In this document: positions 44,537 to 55,234 of the stretch, piece by piece
How the letters are laid out: the number at the start of each line of letters is the position of its first letter
How positions within the stretch are numbered: the stretch's first letter is position 1
Assembly (NCBI GenBank): GCA_018302105.1
Contig: JAGWAD010000009.1
Location: forward strand, 1 to 60,133
Length of the DNA stretch: 60,133 nt
From: Candidatus Woesearchaeota archaeon
GTDB taxonomy: Archaea; Nanobdellota; Nanobdellia; SCGC-AAA011-G17; GW2011-AR18
Direction: 5' to 3'
Notes under the pieces: generated by a model
The model's input: the letters and a program-made list of their open reading frames with translations, nothing else
Told to the model about the DNA's origin: nothing
The model's database searches: none
Program-made: the position numbers and the translations under genes

Positions 44537-47047
44537 ATGTTAACAGACAAAGAACAGAAGAAAGAATTTAAAAAAATTGCTTCTAAAAATCCAGAAAAAT
44601 ATTATGCAGTACAATATTTGAAAAAAGAAGGTTTTGCAAGAAAACAATGCAGCAAATGTGAAAAATTTTATTGGACTGTAAATAAAGATCAGAATGTTTG
44701 TGGTGATTCTTTATGTTCTGGAGGATTTAGGTTTATTGGAAATACTCCTGCTAAAAATAAGTTAAGTTATCTTGATGTATGGAAAGAATTTTCTTCAATG
44801 TTTAAGAAATTTGGATATACACCAATTGAAAGATATCCTTTAGTTGCAAGATGGAATCCCACGATGGAATATACTATAGCAAGTATTGCTGCTTTTCAGC
44901 CATTTGTTATTTCTGGAGAAGTAAAACCTCCTGCTAAAAAATTAGTTATTCCTCAATTTTGTTTAAGATTTGTTGATATTGATAATGTTGGAATTACTGG
45001 AAGTCACAATACTGGATTTGTCATGATAGGACAACATCAATTTGTATCTAAAGATGAATGGAATCAAAATAAAGTTTTGGAAGAAATTCATACATGGTTG
45101 AAAAAAGGTTTAGGTTTACCAAATGAAGAGATTACTTTTCATGAGGATGCATGGGCTGGCGGCGGAAATTTTGGGCCTTGTATGGAATTTTTTTCCAGAG
45201 GAGTAGAAATAGGAAATCAGGTTTATATGATGTATGAACAAACTCCTGATGGAAATAAAGAATTACAAATAAAAGTTTTAGATATGGGAATGGGGCAGGA
45301 AAGGTGTGCATGGTTTTCTCAAGGAAGCCCTACAATTTATGATGCAACTTTTCCTAATGTCATGAAATATTTATATGAAAAAACTGGATTAAAAACTGAT
45401 GAAAAATTAATGGCTAAATATATTCCTTATGCTGGTTATTTGAATGTTGATGAAACTGAAGATTTAGAAAAAGCATGGGAAGATGTTGCTGAAAAAGTTG
45501 GAATGAAAGTTAATGATCTAAAAAATAAAATTTTACCTTTAAGTCAGCTTTATAGTATTGGAGAACATGCTAGAAGTTTATTAGTTGTTTTTAATGATGG
45601 AGGTTTGCCTTCTAATGTTGGTGGTGCATATAATTTAAGAATTTTAGCTAGAAGATGTTTTGAATTTATAGAAAAAAATAATTGGAATATTGATTTATTT
45701 GATGTTTGTAAAGAACACGCCAAAGAATTAAAAGAACAATTTCCTGAATTATCTGAAAACTTAGATGAAGTTAAGAAAATTCTATATGTAGAGAAGAATA
45801 AATATAATATTAATAAACAGAAGGCGAAATCTATAATAGACAAGATAGTTAAAAATGGACAAAAGATAAATACTGAAAAACTAATTGAGTTATATGACAG
45901 TAATGGAATTTCTCCCGAGTTAATAGCTTCACAATTAGGAATTAAAATACCAGATAATTTCTATGGTTTGGTAGCGAGTAGGCATGAAAATAAATTACAG
46001 GAGCATCAAACTAAGAAAGAAGAAATTTTAGATTTAGAAAATTTACCAGAAACTAAAGCATTGTATTACGATGATTATAAGTTAAGTGAATTTAAAGCTA
46101 AGATTTTAAAAGTTATTGGAAATAAAATTATATTAGATAAAACTGTTTTTTATCCGACTTCTGGTGGTCAGTTGCATGATTTAGGTTCAATAAAGCGTAT
46201 AAGCGATAGTAGAATATTCGATGTTTTAGATGTTTTTAAACAAGGAAAAATTATTGTTCATGTTTTAGAAAATAATAATTTAAAAGTTAATGAAAATGTT
46301 TTAGGAAAGATTGATTCTGAAAGAAGATTACAATTAGCACAGCACCATACTTCTACGCATATTGTTAATGCTGCAGCACGAAGAATTTTAGGACAACATA
46401 TTAATCAGGCTGGAGCAAAAAAAACAGTTGAGAAAGCGCATATTGATATAACTCATTATCAAAGTTTAACTGATGAAGAATTAAAAAAAATAGAAGAAGA
46501 AGCTAATAAATTAATTAAACAAAGTATTCTAATTCATAAAAGTTTTATGCCAAGAGAAAATGCTGAAAAGAAATATGGATTTGCAATTTATCAGGGAGGA
46601 GTTCCTATCGGACAACAATTACGAATAGTAGATATAACTGGTGTTGATGTTGAAGCTTGCGGTGGAACACATTTAGATAATACTAAAGAAGCTGAAAAAA
46701 TAAAAATTTTAAAATCTACTAAAATATCGGATAGCATAGTCAGAATAGAATTTGTTGCTGGTAAAAAAGCATTTGAAGAAGAGAATAAAGACTTACTAAT
46801 AATAAAAGAGCTTAGTGAATTGCTTCAATGCAATAAAAAACAAATACCTGCAAGGATTGAGGAATTATTTAATATCTGGAAAGATGTTGTAAAGAAAAAT
46901 AAATCTGTTAAGTTAGAGTTAAAAAGCAAAGAGACTTATGATGGAAATATAATTGAAAAATCCTGTGAAATCCTGAAAACACAGCCTGAACATCTGGTTA
47001 ACACAGTTAAAAGATTTGTTAATGAAATAAAGTCTAAATTAATTTAA
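44537..47047 (+). CDS. alaS: Alanine--tRNA ligase
   Basis: N-terminal CxxC, ASIAAFQP, DMGMGQER, GGQLHD, editing HTSTH and CGGTH. Confidence 0.97.
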   Translation: MLTDKEQKKEFKKIASKNPEKYYAVQYLKKEGFARKQCSKCEKFYWTVNKDQNVCGDSLCSGGFRFIGNTPAKNKLSYLDVWKEFSSMFKKFGYTPIERYPLVARWNPTMEYTIASIAAFQPFVISGEVKPPAKKLVIPQFCLRFVDIDNVGITGSHNTGFVMIGQHQFVSKDEWNQNKVLEEIHTWLKKGLGLPNEEITFHEDAWAGGGNFGPCMEFFSRGVEIGNQVYMMYEQTPDGNKELQIKVLDMGMGQERCAWFSQGSPTIYDATFPNVMKYLYEKTGLKTDEKLMAKYIPYAGYLNVDETEDLEKAWEDVAEKVGMKVNDLKNKILPLSQLYSIGEHARSLLVVFNDGGLPSNVGGAYNLRILARRCFEFIEKNNWNIDLFDVCKEHAKELKEQFPELSENLDEVKKILYVEKNKYNINKQKAKSIIDKIVKNGQKINTEKLIELYDSNGISPELIASQLGIKIPDNFYGLVASRHENKLQEHQTKKEEILDLENLPETKALYYDDYKLSEFKAKILKVIGNKIILDKTVFYPTSGGQLHDLGSIKRISDSRIFDVLDVFKQGKIIVHVLENNNLKVNENVLGKIDSERRLQLAQHHTSTHIVNAAARRILGQHINQAGAKKTVEKAHIDITHYQSLTDEELKKIEEEANKLIKQSILIHKSFMPRENAEKKYGFAIYQGGVPIGQQLRIVDITGVDVEACGGTHLDNTKEAEKIKILKSTKISDSIVRIEFVAGKKAFEEENKDLLIIKELSELLQCNKKQIPARIEELFNIWKDVVKKNKSVKLELKSKETYDGNIIEKSCEILKTQPEHLVNTVKRFVNEIKSKLI

Positions 47048-47337
47048 GTTTTTATTTCTATAATAGTTATTCTTAAATTTTTCTGAAAATAAGTTAAGTT
47101 TATTGTTAAATTCTCATTGTTTTTAGAAAATAAGATAGTTTCTCCGTATCTTTCTTTTATGTATTTTTTTTTAAAATAATAATCTTCCATTAATCCATAT
47201 ACCTCTTTTAAATTTGTATTTAGATTTCTAAATTCAAAATCTTCTTTTACACTTTCTTCTAAATTAGTCCTGATATTGTATGCAGATTTTTTGAACTTAT
47301 CTTGTAAATAAGTCATTAATGTTTTAAATTCAGCCAT
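47044..47337 (-). CDS. Hypothetical protein
   Basis: 97-aa ORF. Confidence 0.6.
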   Translation of the reverse strand: MAEFKTLMTYLQDKFKKSAYNIRTNLEESVKEDFEFRNLNTNLKEVYGLMEDYYFKKKYIKERYGETILFSKNNENLTINLTYFQKNLRITIIEIKT

Positions 47338-47392
47338 AAATCTTATTGATTCTCATAATTTTAATATTTTTACTATAAATATACAATAGAAA

Positions 47393-47854
47393 TTATTCAG
47401 ATTTTGGTAGTATATTATTTACTAAAACATCAACAGGTTTGCCATCCGGTCCAAGATTGTATATAATTGCTAGATTTTTTACTATAACTTTTACAACATT
47501 TCCTGCGTAATCAAAACTATAAACTACTTCTAATCTTGCACCATTTGCCTTATCTACACAAATTAATCTATCTCTTTTTATTCCATTTTCAGTATATGAC
47601 TCTTTTTTACATTCATTATTCTTTATTGCTTCTGTAAAATTAATAACTAAGGGTTGTGCCATGCTGCCATTAACAACACCCTGGATTCCAAGAGCATAAT
47701 TCTGGTTTTCTAATGCGTCTTCTAAATTTGCAACCTTTCCCTGGTTCATTTCTATACATCCGACTAGAGAACTAAGTCCTAAATAACCTGCTGCTGCATA
47801 ATTTGCTAAAGTTCTTGTTAAGTTCATTTTGTAACCACTCAAATGTGATTTCAT
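47393..47854 (-). CDS. Hypothetical exported protein, possible lipoprotein
   Basis: Hydrophobic N-terminus ending LVGC; real start may be ATG 47827. Confidence 0.6.
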   Translation of the reverse strand: MKSHLSGYKMNLTRTLANYAAAGYLGLSSLVGCIEMNQGKVANLEDALENQNYALGIQGVVNGSMAQPLVINFTEAIKNNECKKESYTENGIKRDRLICVDKANGARLEVVYSFDYAGNVVKVIVKNLAIIYNLGPDGKPVDVLVNNILPKSE

Positions 47855-47953
47855 AGAGAATTTTAACCTTTATATATTTTTCTGTTATAGAGAATATAGT
47901 CTAATTTAGAGAAAGAATTATAAGTTTTGAGTTAAGACTTCATTGGAGGAAAA

Positions 47954-49582
47954 ATGACAAATCAACAACAACCAATTTATATTTTATCAGAAGGAAGCCA
48001 AAGAACTGCTGGCAGAGACGCACAAAAAATGAATATTATGGCAGCTAAAGCTGTAGCAGAGACAGTTAGAACAACTTTGGGACCTAAGGGAATGGATAAA
48101 ATGCTTGTTGATTCTCTAGGAGATATAGTTGTTACTAATGATGGAGTTACAATACTTCAGGAAATGCAGATAGAACATCCTGCTGCTAAAATGGTTGTTG
48201 AAGTTGCTAAGACTCAAGAAAATGAGGTTGGGGATGGTACTACGACTGCAGTTATTCTTGCGGGTGAATTATTAAGCAATGCTTTAAAATTATTAGAAAA
48301 AAATATACATCCAACAATTATTATAAAAGGATACAGAATGTCTGCTGAAAAGGCACAGGATATTCTTGGAAATATTGCTGTAAAAATAAGTATTAAAGAT
48401 ACTGATCTTTTGAAAAATATTGCAATGACTGCTATGACTGGAAAAGGTGCAGAAGTTGCTAAAGATAGATTAAGTGAATTAATTGTTAAGGCAATAAAAA
48501 GTATTATGGAAGAAAAAAATGGGGAAGTGGCAATAGATGCTGATAATATTAAACTTGAAAAGAAAGTTGGTGCTGGTATAGAAGATTCTGAATTAATTGA
48601 TGGTTTAGTTTTAGATAAAGAAAAAGTACATATTGCAATGCCTAATGCAATAAACAATGCTAAAATTGCATTACTTGATGTTGCTTTGGAAGTAAAAAAT
48701 ACAGAGATAGATGCAAAAATACAAATTACAGATCCTAACCAAATGCAGGCTTTCATAGATATGGAAGATAAAATGTTAAAAGACATGGTTGAGAAAGTTG
48801 TAAAATCCGGGGCTAATGTTGTTTTCTGCCAAAAGGGAATTGATGATCTAGCACAACATTATTTAGCTAAGAAAGGAATTTATGCTGCAAGAAGAATAAA
48901 GAAGAGTGATATGGATAAACTTGTAAGAGCTACTGGTGGAAATCTTGTGAGTAATTTAAATGATTTATCAGCTAGTGATCTTGGTTTTGCTGCTTTGGTT
49001 GAGGAAAAGAAATTTGGAGGAGAAGAATTAACTTATGTAACAGGATGTAAAAAAGCTAAAGCTGTAACTATGCTTATTAGAGGCGGAACACAGCATGTTG
49101 TTGATGAGGTTGAAAGAGCAATTAAGGATGCTATTGGTGATATGGTTGCAGCACTGAAAGTTGGAAAAGTTGTTGCAGGTGCCGGATCTACTGAAGTTGA
49201 ATTAGCAAGAGGATTAAGAAAATTTGCTAATTCCTTAAGCGGAAGAGAACAATTAGCTGTGTTGGCTTTTGCAGATGCTTTGGAAGCAATACCAATAACT
49301 TTAGCTGAAAATGCAGGATTAGATCCTATAGATAGCTTAACTGAACTTAAAGCTTCACATGATAAAGGACAAGTCTGGGCTGGATTGGATGTATTTACTG
49401 GAAAAGTTGTAGATGCATGGAAAAGGGGAGTAATTGAACCATTGAAAATTAAAACACAGGCTATAAAATCTGCTTCAGAAGTTGCTGAATTAATTTTGAG
49501 AATAGATGATGTTTTAGCTTCTGGAAGTAAACCTAGTCCTGGTGGAATGCCACATATGGGACATGGCGGATTTGGAGAATAG
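47954..49582 (+). CDS. ths: Thermosome (group II chaperonin) subunit
   Basis: [22 protein letters not shown] and GGM tail; GGAGG SD upstream. Confidence 0.98.
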   Translation: MTNQQQPIYILSEGSQRTAGRDAQKMNIMAAKAVAETVRTTLGPKGMDKMLVDSLGDIVVTNDGVTILQEMQIEHPAAKMVVEVAKTQENEVGDGTTTAVILAGELLSNALKLLEKNIHPTIIIKGYRMSAEKAQDILGNIAVKISIKDTDLLKNIAMTAMTGKGAEVAKDRLSELIVKAIKSIMEEKNGEVAIDADNIKLEKKVGAGIEDSELIDGLVLDKEKVHIAMPNAINNAKIALLDVALEVKNTEIDAKIQITDPNQMQAFIDMEDKMLKDMVEKVVKSGANVVFCQKGIDDLAQHYLAKKGIYAARRIKKSDMDKLVRATGGNLVSNLNDLSASDLGFAALVEEKKFGGEELTYVTGCKKAKAVTMLIRGGTQHVVDEVERAIKDAIGDMVAALKVGKVVAGAGSTEVELARGLRKFANSLSGREQLAVLAFADALEAIPITLAENAGLDPIDSLTELKASHDKGQVWAGLDVFTGKVVDAWKRGVIEPLKIKTQAIKSASEVAELILRIDDVLASGSKPSPGGMPHMGHGGFGE

Positions 49583-49670
49583 AAATGTCTTTTGTAGCAA
49601 GATACAGCAGTAGAAAGCTAAATTTAAAAATGTTTATATATACTTTGTTTTTACTATCTTTAACAAAACG

Positions 49671-50738
49671 ATGACAGAACATATTTCTTTGCCTAAAGCT
49701 GATTTAACAGATTTTATTTCTGATTACAATTATAGAAGAAATAAATTTATAAATATAATTAAAGAAGCATTAAGTAAGTATGGTATTTTTAGTGTTGTAA
49801 ATGCAAATCATGAATTTGACAAACTAAAGCCTGATATTTTTAATAATCTTAATTTGTTTAGTCTTTTAAGTCCTGCTAAGAAACAAATGTATAGTTTTTC
49901 AGATAATTTTGAGCAAAGAGGTTATATTGATGAACGGATAGTAGAAAAAATAATAATAGGACCGAGTTTTAAAGAAGATTTCAGAGATGAACTATTGCTT
50001 AATTATGTAAGATATAAATTTTATCTTCCAAATATTCCTATTAGAGAAGTCAAGAATTTAGTCCCATTATCTGAAAAGTTGCTTTTTAGTTTAAGTGATA
50101 TTGATAGATTAGTTCTTCAAGCTATTGCTTTGTCTTTAGATTTAGAAAAAGAAAATTTTAATTCAAAAATTGCATATGGTGACAGCCCTCTAGAATTACT
50201 TATACATTCTCCATTAATAAAAAGACAATCAGATCTTTATATTCCTGTAAGAACAAATCTTGAATTTGCTGCTGTTGTTTCCCCAAATTGTCCTTCACAA
50301 TTATTCTTAGATGGCAGATCTTTTGATGTAGATAAAGATGAATTAGTCTATATTGCTGGTAATTACCTTTCTTATGAAACCAAAGAAAAATTCAGAAATC
50401 CTGAAAACTGTTATTTAAAAATCTCTGAAAATTTAAAGAATTCTTCACAGTTTGCTTTAATGCATTATGTAAGACCAAGACCAAGAGCATTAGTTTATGA
50501 TTTTCATGATGATTTTTCTGGAAAAGATTATTCTGATGTTTGGTTTGAACATCTAAAAGTAAAAGGATATTTAAATGGGACACATGAAAATTGGAAAAGC
50601 TCATTTAGCAAAACTTCTTTTACTGATGAGGAATTTGTTATTGGAATACTTAATTGGGAACTTAAACATAGAACTTATAACTTATCTAAAGTTTATCCAG
50701 TTTATATGCTGCAATTTTTAAAACAAATTAGTTTATAG
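49671..50738 (+). CDS. Degenerate IPNS-like 2-oxoglutarate/Fe(II) oxygenase-fold protein
   Basis: LPKADL, YGIFSVVN..H, K..Y, RGY and AGNYL..T follow the IPNS/DIOX layout; iron ligands not conserved. Confidence 0.6.
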   Translation: MTEHISLPKADLTDFISDYNYRRNKFINIIKEALSKYGIFSVVNANHEFDKLKPDIFNNLNLFSLLSPAKKQMYSFSDNFEQRGYIDERIVEKIIIGPSFKEDFRDELLLNYVRYKFYLPNIPIREVKNLVPLSEKLLFSLSDIDRLVLQAIALSLDLEKENFNSKIAYGDSPLELLIHSPLIKRQSDLYIPVRTNLEFAAVVSPNCPSQLFLDGRSFDVDKDELVYIAGNYLSYETKEKFRNPENCYLKISENLKNSSQFALMHYVRPRPRALVYDFHDDFSGKDYSDVWFEHLKVKGYLNGTHENWKSSFSKTSFTDEEFVIGILNWELKHRTYNLSKVYPVYMLQFLKQISL

Positions 50739-52121
50739 TTTTTTTATTATTGGCATGCCTTTTGTATCATCTATATAATAGCCTTGTGACTTAATAGACT
50801 CACGCAATTCGTCTGCTAATTTAAAATTTTTATTTTTTCTTGCTTCTTCCCGTAAATCAACCAGGCGACTTATTTCGTCAGGTATTTCTGTTTCTGTTTC
50901 TAAAATTCCAAATATTTTGTCTATACTTAGCATTAATTCTTTTATTTTTTTTATATCTAGTTCTGATAATTTTTCTTCTGCTATTAATTTATTTATTTCT
51001 TTTGTAAATCCAAATATTACTGTAATTGCATTATGAGTTTCAAAATCGTCATCCATTGCATTTTCAAATTCTTTTTTTGCTTTTCCCAGTAATTCATCCA
51101 ATTCTATATTATCTTTTGATTTTGACTTGCAATTTTCTAATTTTAGCATGAATTCATTTAATTTTTGAAGTGAATTTTTTGCTTGTTCTAAAGACTCTTC
51201 TGAAAATTCCAATGGTTTCCTATAATGTGTTGACAAAAACATGAATCTTATTATCTGTTTATTGTATTTTTTTATAACATCTCTAACTATCCAGAAATTT
51301 CCTTTTGATTTTCCCATTTTCTCCTTATTAAATTGTAAGAATCCTGTATGTAACCAATATTTTACAAATGGTTTTTTTCCTGAAATTGCTTCCATTTGTG
51401 CAATCTCTGCTTCATGATGTGGAAATATTAAATCTATAGCTCCCCCATGTAAATCATATTGCTGGCCTAATTCTTTTTCTGTTATTGCTGTATCTTCTAT
51501 ATGCCATCCCGGTCTTGAATCGCCTAATTCAGTATGCCATACTGGTTCTTCTGGTTTTGAAAATTTTAATAAACAGAAATCACCTTTGTTTCTTTTTTCT
51601 GGGTTTTCATCTATTCTTGAAACTGCATCATCTTCTTCTAAAGAAGTCCTTTTTGCTAATTTACCATATTCTCTGAATTTAGACAAGTCAAAATAGTAAC
51701 CATCTGAGATTTTATATGCAATTCCTTTTTCTATTAATCGTTTTACCTGAGATACTATTTCTGGAATATAATCTGTAGCTCTTGCATACTTGCTTACAGC
51801 ATCGTTTCCTAGCAATTTCATGTCTTCTAAAAATATTTTTTCATATTTTCTTGAAATATTATCCCAACCAGTCTTTTCTTCATTTGCTTTTTTTATTATT
51901 TTGTCGTCTATGTCTGTTATATTCTGCAAGTAAAAAACCTTGTAATTTTTATATCTTAAATATTTTGCAATAAAATCAAAATTTGTAAATGTTCTTGCAT
52001 TTCCAATATGTGCATAATCGTAAACTGTCGGGCCACATACAAACATTTTTACTTCTTTATTGTTTATTGGTCTGAACTCTTCTACTTTTCTTGTTAATGT
52101 GTTATAAAACTTTAATGTCAT
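50733..52121 (-). CDS. cysS: Cysteine--tRNA ligase
   Basis: CGPTVYD, HIGN, RPGWHIE, DLIFPHHE and KMGKS. Confidence 0.97.
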   Translation of the reverse strand: MTLKFYNTLTRKVEEFRPINNKEVKMFVCGPTVYDYAHIGNARTFTNFDFIAKYLRYKNYKVFYLQNITDIDDKIIKKANEEKTGWDNISRKYEKIFLEDMKLLGNDAVSKYARATDYIPEIVSQVKRLIEKGIAYKISDGYYFDLSKFREYGKLAKRTSLEEDDAVSRIDENPEKRNKGDFCLLKFSKPEEPVWHTELGDSRPGWHIEDTAITEKELGQQYDLHGGAIDLIFPHHEAEIAQMEAISGKKPFVKYWLHTGFLQFNKEKMGKSKGNFWIVRDVIKKYNKQIIRFMFLSTHYRKPLEFSEESLEQAKNSLQKLNEFMLKLENCKSKSKDNIELDELLGKAKKEFENAMDDDFETHNAITVIFGFTKEINKLIAEEKLSELDIKKIKELMLSIDKIFGILETETEIPDEISRLVDLREEARKNKNFKLADELRESIKSQGYYIDDTKGMPIIKKL

Positions 52122-52197
52122 AATTAATTTAGTTTCTAATTTATTTATCTTCTTTTCTATTGGATAGACTTTTAAATTTTATTGTGGTTTTAATCTT

Positions 52198-53643
52198 ATG
52201 ACTGATAATGGAAAAATTACTACAAGAGAAGAGTTTGGCAGATTATTAAATAAAAAAGCAGGGCAAAAATATGGTAGCATTGATAATATATTGGTTAATC
52301 TGAGTTTTGATTACCAACGATATTATACTTATAAAAATGGCAGAAGCTTTCTTCGTTATCCACAAGATTTAGATAGAATTTGTGAAAAGTTAGGAATAAA
52401 CCAAGAAGATTTGGATTTATCATCTTTAGTTTCTAAGAAATATTATAGATCATTTGGCTTAAAAATTAATGGTACTTCACAAGATCAAGTTCCTAAACTT
52501 GATGCGTCAATTATTAATGAATCAAAGCCTCAAACTGAGTTAAAACATGAAATGGAATATAAGCCATTTGTGTATAATATAGGAGAAAATTCTGAACATG
52601 GCTTAATAGTTGGAAAATCACAAGAGATGAAATCTATTTTTATAATTTTGGGTAATATAATAAAAAATCCAGACCAAGAACAACCAGTTTTAATAACTGG
52701 AGAAACAGGAACTGGAAAAGAATTAATTGCTAAGGCAGTGCATTATAACAGTAATAGAAAAAACAGTCCATTTTTTCCAATAAATATTACAAATATAAAT
52801 GAAAATTTGCTTGAGTCTCAATTGTTTGGTTCCAGAAAAGGAGCTTACACAGATGCTAGAGAAGATAGTATTGGCTTTTTTGAAGAAACAGGAAATGGTA
52901 CTATATTTTTAGATGAAATAAGCAATATGCCCTTGGAAGCGCAAGCTAAATTACTTAGGGTATTAGAATCAAGAACTTTTTATAGGGTTGGTGATACTAA
53001 GTCAAGACAATTTAATGGCAGAATTATTGTAGCTACAAATGAGAATCTTGAAAAGTTAGTTGAATCTAGAAAATTTAGACAAGACTTGTTTTACAGACTG
53101 AATGTTGTTGATATTGATCTGTCTTCTTTGAGAGATAGAAAAGATGACATTGGTCTATTATTCAATTATTTTGTCTGTGAATACAACAATAAGTATAAAA
53201 CATCTTATTTAAAAGAGCCAACTGATAAAGGAAAGGAATTACTTCAATCTTATAATTTTCCTGGAAATGTCAGGGAACTAAAAAATTTAATTTATAAGGC
53301 AATATTTAATTTTCCAGAAAGTGAAAGTGTTTTAGTTGAAAATTATATTCAAATAAAAGATTTAAAATTTAAAAAAACGCAAAAATCTGATTTTAATACA
53401 GAAGGTATTGCTTTTGCTGATAGTGTGATTTCTTATTTTGAAATTGATAATAAGTCCAAGTTTGAAATTGCAGAACTTAGAGTAATATTGGAAGCTGCTT
53501 TTAATACAAAAGTTGTCATGATCAAAACTGCTGAACTGCTTGAAATCAGTAGAAAAACCTTATGGCTTAGATTAGAAAACTTTGGAGTAAGTGCAACAAA
53601 TTTAAAACAATATTATCTGCAATATATATCAAACAATCGATAA
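52198..53643 (+). CDS. Sigma-54-interaction-domain AAA+ ATPase (bacterial enhancer-binding protein type)
   Basis: GETGTGKE, ESQLFG, GAYTDA, FLDEI, QAKLLRVL, FRQDLFYRL, FPGNVREL and a C-terminal Fis-like HTH. Confidence 0.93.
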   Translation: MTDNGKITTREEFGRLLNKKAGQKYGSIDNILVNLSFDYQRYYTYKNGRSFLRYPQDLDRICEKLGINQEDLDLSSLVSKKYYRSFGLKINGTSQDQVPKLDASIINESKPQTELKHEMEYKPFVYNIGENSEHGLIVGKSQEMKSIFIILGNIIKNPDQEQPVLITGETGTGKELIAKAVHYNSNRKNSPFFPINITNINENLLESQLFGSRKGAYTDAREDSIGFFEETGNGTIFLDEISNMPLEAQAKLLRVLESRTFYRVGDTKSRQFNGRIIVATNENLEKLVESRKFRQDLFYRLNVVDIDLSSLRDRKDDIGLLFNYFVCEYNNKYKTSYLKEPTDKGKELLQSYNFPGNVRELKNLIYKAIFNFPESESVLVENYIQIKDLKFKKTQKSDFNTEGIAFADSVISYFEIDNKSKFEIAELRVILEAAFNTKVVMIKTAELLEISRKTLWLRLENFGVSATNLKQYYLQYISNNR

Positions 53644-53721
53644 TTCTTAATTAATTTTTACCTAGTGAATAGAGAGTAAGCTTAATAAATAGTCTCTTAT
53701 TGTGGCTATTTGCAAGCAGAG

Positions 53722-55191
53722 ATGAAAACAACACTATTTACTGAAAATTTAACTGAATTAAGAACAGAAGCCTTAATTATCGGATTATATGATGATTGTG
53801 ACAGCAGTGATGTAGAAAGTTATGAAAATATTTCTGATGGTTTAATAAGTGATATAATAAAAGACAAGGAATTTACTGGGAAGTATGGGCAGATTTCTAT
53901 AGTTAGAACTAAGAAAGCGATAAAACGAATTATATTATTAGGATTAGGAAAAAGAAATGAATTTGATCTGAATAAGGCAAGAGAACTGGCTGGAAAAGCT
54001 GCTTTATTTGTTAAAGATAAATGTGTGAAAGAATTTAGTTTTTTAATATTTGAAGATTTAATGCCTGGAGATGCAGCATATGCAATTGTTGAAGGAACAA
54101 AATTAGCATTATATCAATTTATAGATTTTAAGACACAAGACTTAGAAGATTTTAAACAAATTGAGCAATTTACATTAGTTGCAAATGGAAATAATTTTAT
54201 TGATATTGATAAAGCAATAAAAAAAGCATTAGTTGTTTCTGATGCAATTTATTATGTAAGGGGACTGCAAAATAAACCAAGCAATATTGTGACTCCAACT
54301 TATCTTGCAAATGAAGCGATTAAGTTAGCAAGAAGATTCCAGATTAAATGTACAATATTTGAAAAAAAAGATCTTGTTAAAATGGGTATGGGTGGAATAT
54401 TAGCTGTAAATAAAGGAAGCCAACACCCTCTAAAATTTATAGTTTTAGATTATAATGGTGGAAAAGAAACTATCTGCTTTGTTGGCAAAGGCATAACTTT
54501 TGATTCTGGAGGAATTTCTATTAAGCCTGCTGCTGATATGGATGAGATGAAATTTGATATGAGCGGAGCTGCTACAGTATTTGGAATAATTCAATTAGCT
54601 GCTATTTTAAAATTACCTTATAGAATAATTGGTTTAATTCCTGCAACTGAAAATTTACCTGGAGGCAATGCTTACAAACCAGGAGATATAATAAAACATT
54701 ATAATGGCAAAACAAGTGAAATAATAAATACTGATGCTGAAGGAAGATTGGTTTTAGCTGATGCATTGGCTTATACTAAAAATTATAATCCAAAAGTTGT
54801 TATTGATTTTGCAACATTAACAGGTGCCTGCGTTGTTTCTTTGGGAGATGTTTATACTGGCTTATTTACAAATAGTAATGAACTTGCAAATAAATTATCA
54901 GAAGCTGGAGAAAAATCTGGAGAATTAGTATGGAGATTGCCATTGCATGATAAATATAAAGATTATATTAAGAGCAATGTAGCAGATTTAAAGAATGCAG
55001 GACCAAGAGATGCTGGTGCAAATACTGCTGCTGTCTTTTTAAAAGAATTTGTTCAATGTAAAAATTGGGCACATTTAGATATTGCTGGAACTGCATGGAC
55101 TAAAAATGGAAAAGATCCTATAAGGCCTGTTGGTGGAACAGGTGTTGGAGTTAGGTTGGCTTTAGAATTTTTAGAGAACTGGAAGAAATAA
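53722..55191 (+). CDS. pepA: Leucyl aminopeptidase (M17)
   Basis: GKGITFDSGG, MKFDMSG, NTDAEGRL and HLDIAG; ATG 53722 preferred. Confidence 0.96.
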   Translation: MKTTLFTENLTELRTEALIIGLYDDCDSSDVESYENISDGLISDIIKDKEFTGKYGQISIVRTKKAIKRIILLGLGKRNEFDLNKARELAGKAALFVKDKCVKEFSFLIFEDLMPGDAAYAIVEGTKLALYQFIDFKTQDLEDFKQIEQFTLVANGNNFIDIDKAIKKALVVSDAIYYVRGLQNKPSNIVTPTYLANEAIKLARRFQIKCTIFEKKDLVKMGMGGILAVNKGSQHPLKFIVLDYNGGKETICFVGKGITFDSGGISIKPAADMDEMKFDMSGAATVFGIIQLAAILKLPYRIIGLIPATENLPGGNAYKPGDIIKHYNGKTSEIINTDAEGRLVLADALAYTKNYNPKVVIDFATLTGACVVSLGDVYTGLFTNSNELANKLSEAGEKSGELVWRLPLHDKYKDYIKSNVADLKNAGPRDAGANTAAVFLKEFVQCKNWAHLDIAGTAWTKNGKDPIRPVGGTGVGVRLALEFLENWKK

Positions 55192-55234
55192 ATTTAATAC
55201 TTAAGTTTTTTAATTCTTCTATTTTAATTAATTT

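Noticed and set aside
48214-48786. Long antisense ORFs (also 22386-22868, 5981-6325, 58418-58744, 45550-45843 and similar)
   Set aside because: They shadow well-supported genes on the opposite strand and have F/S/I/L-rich composition typical of antisense frames.
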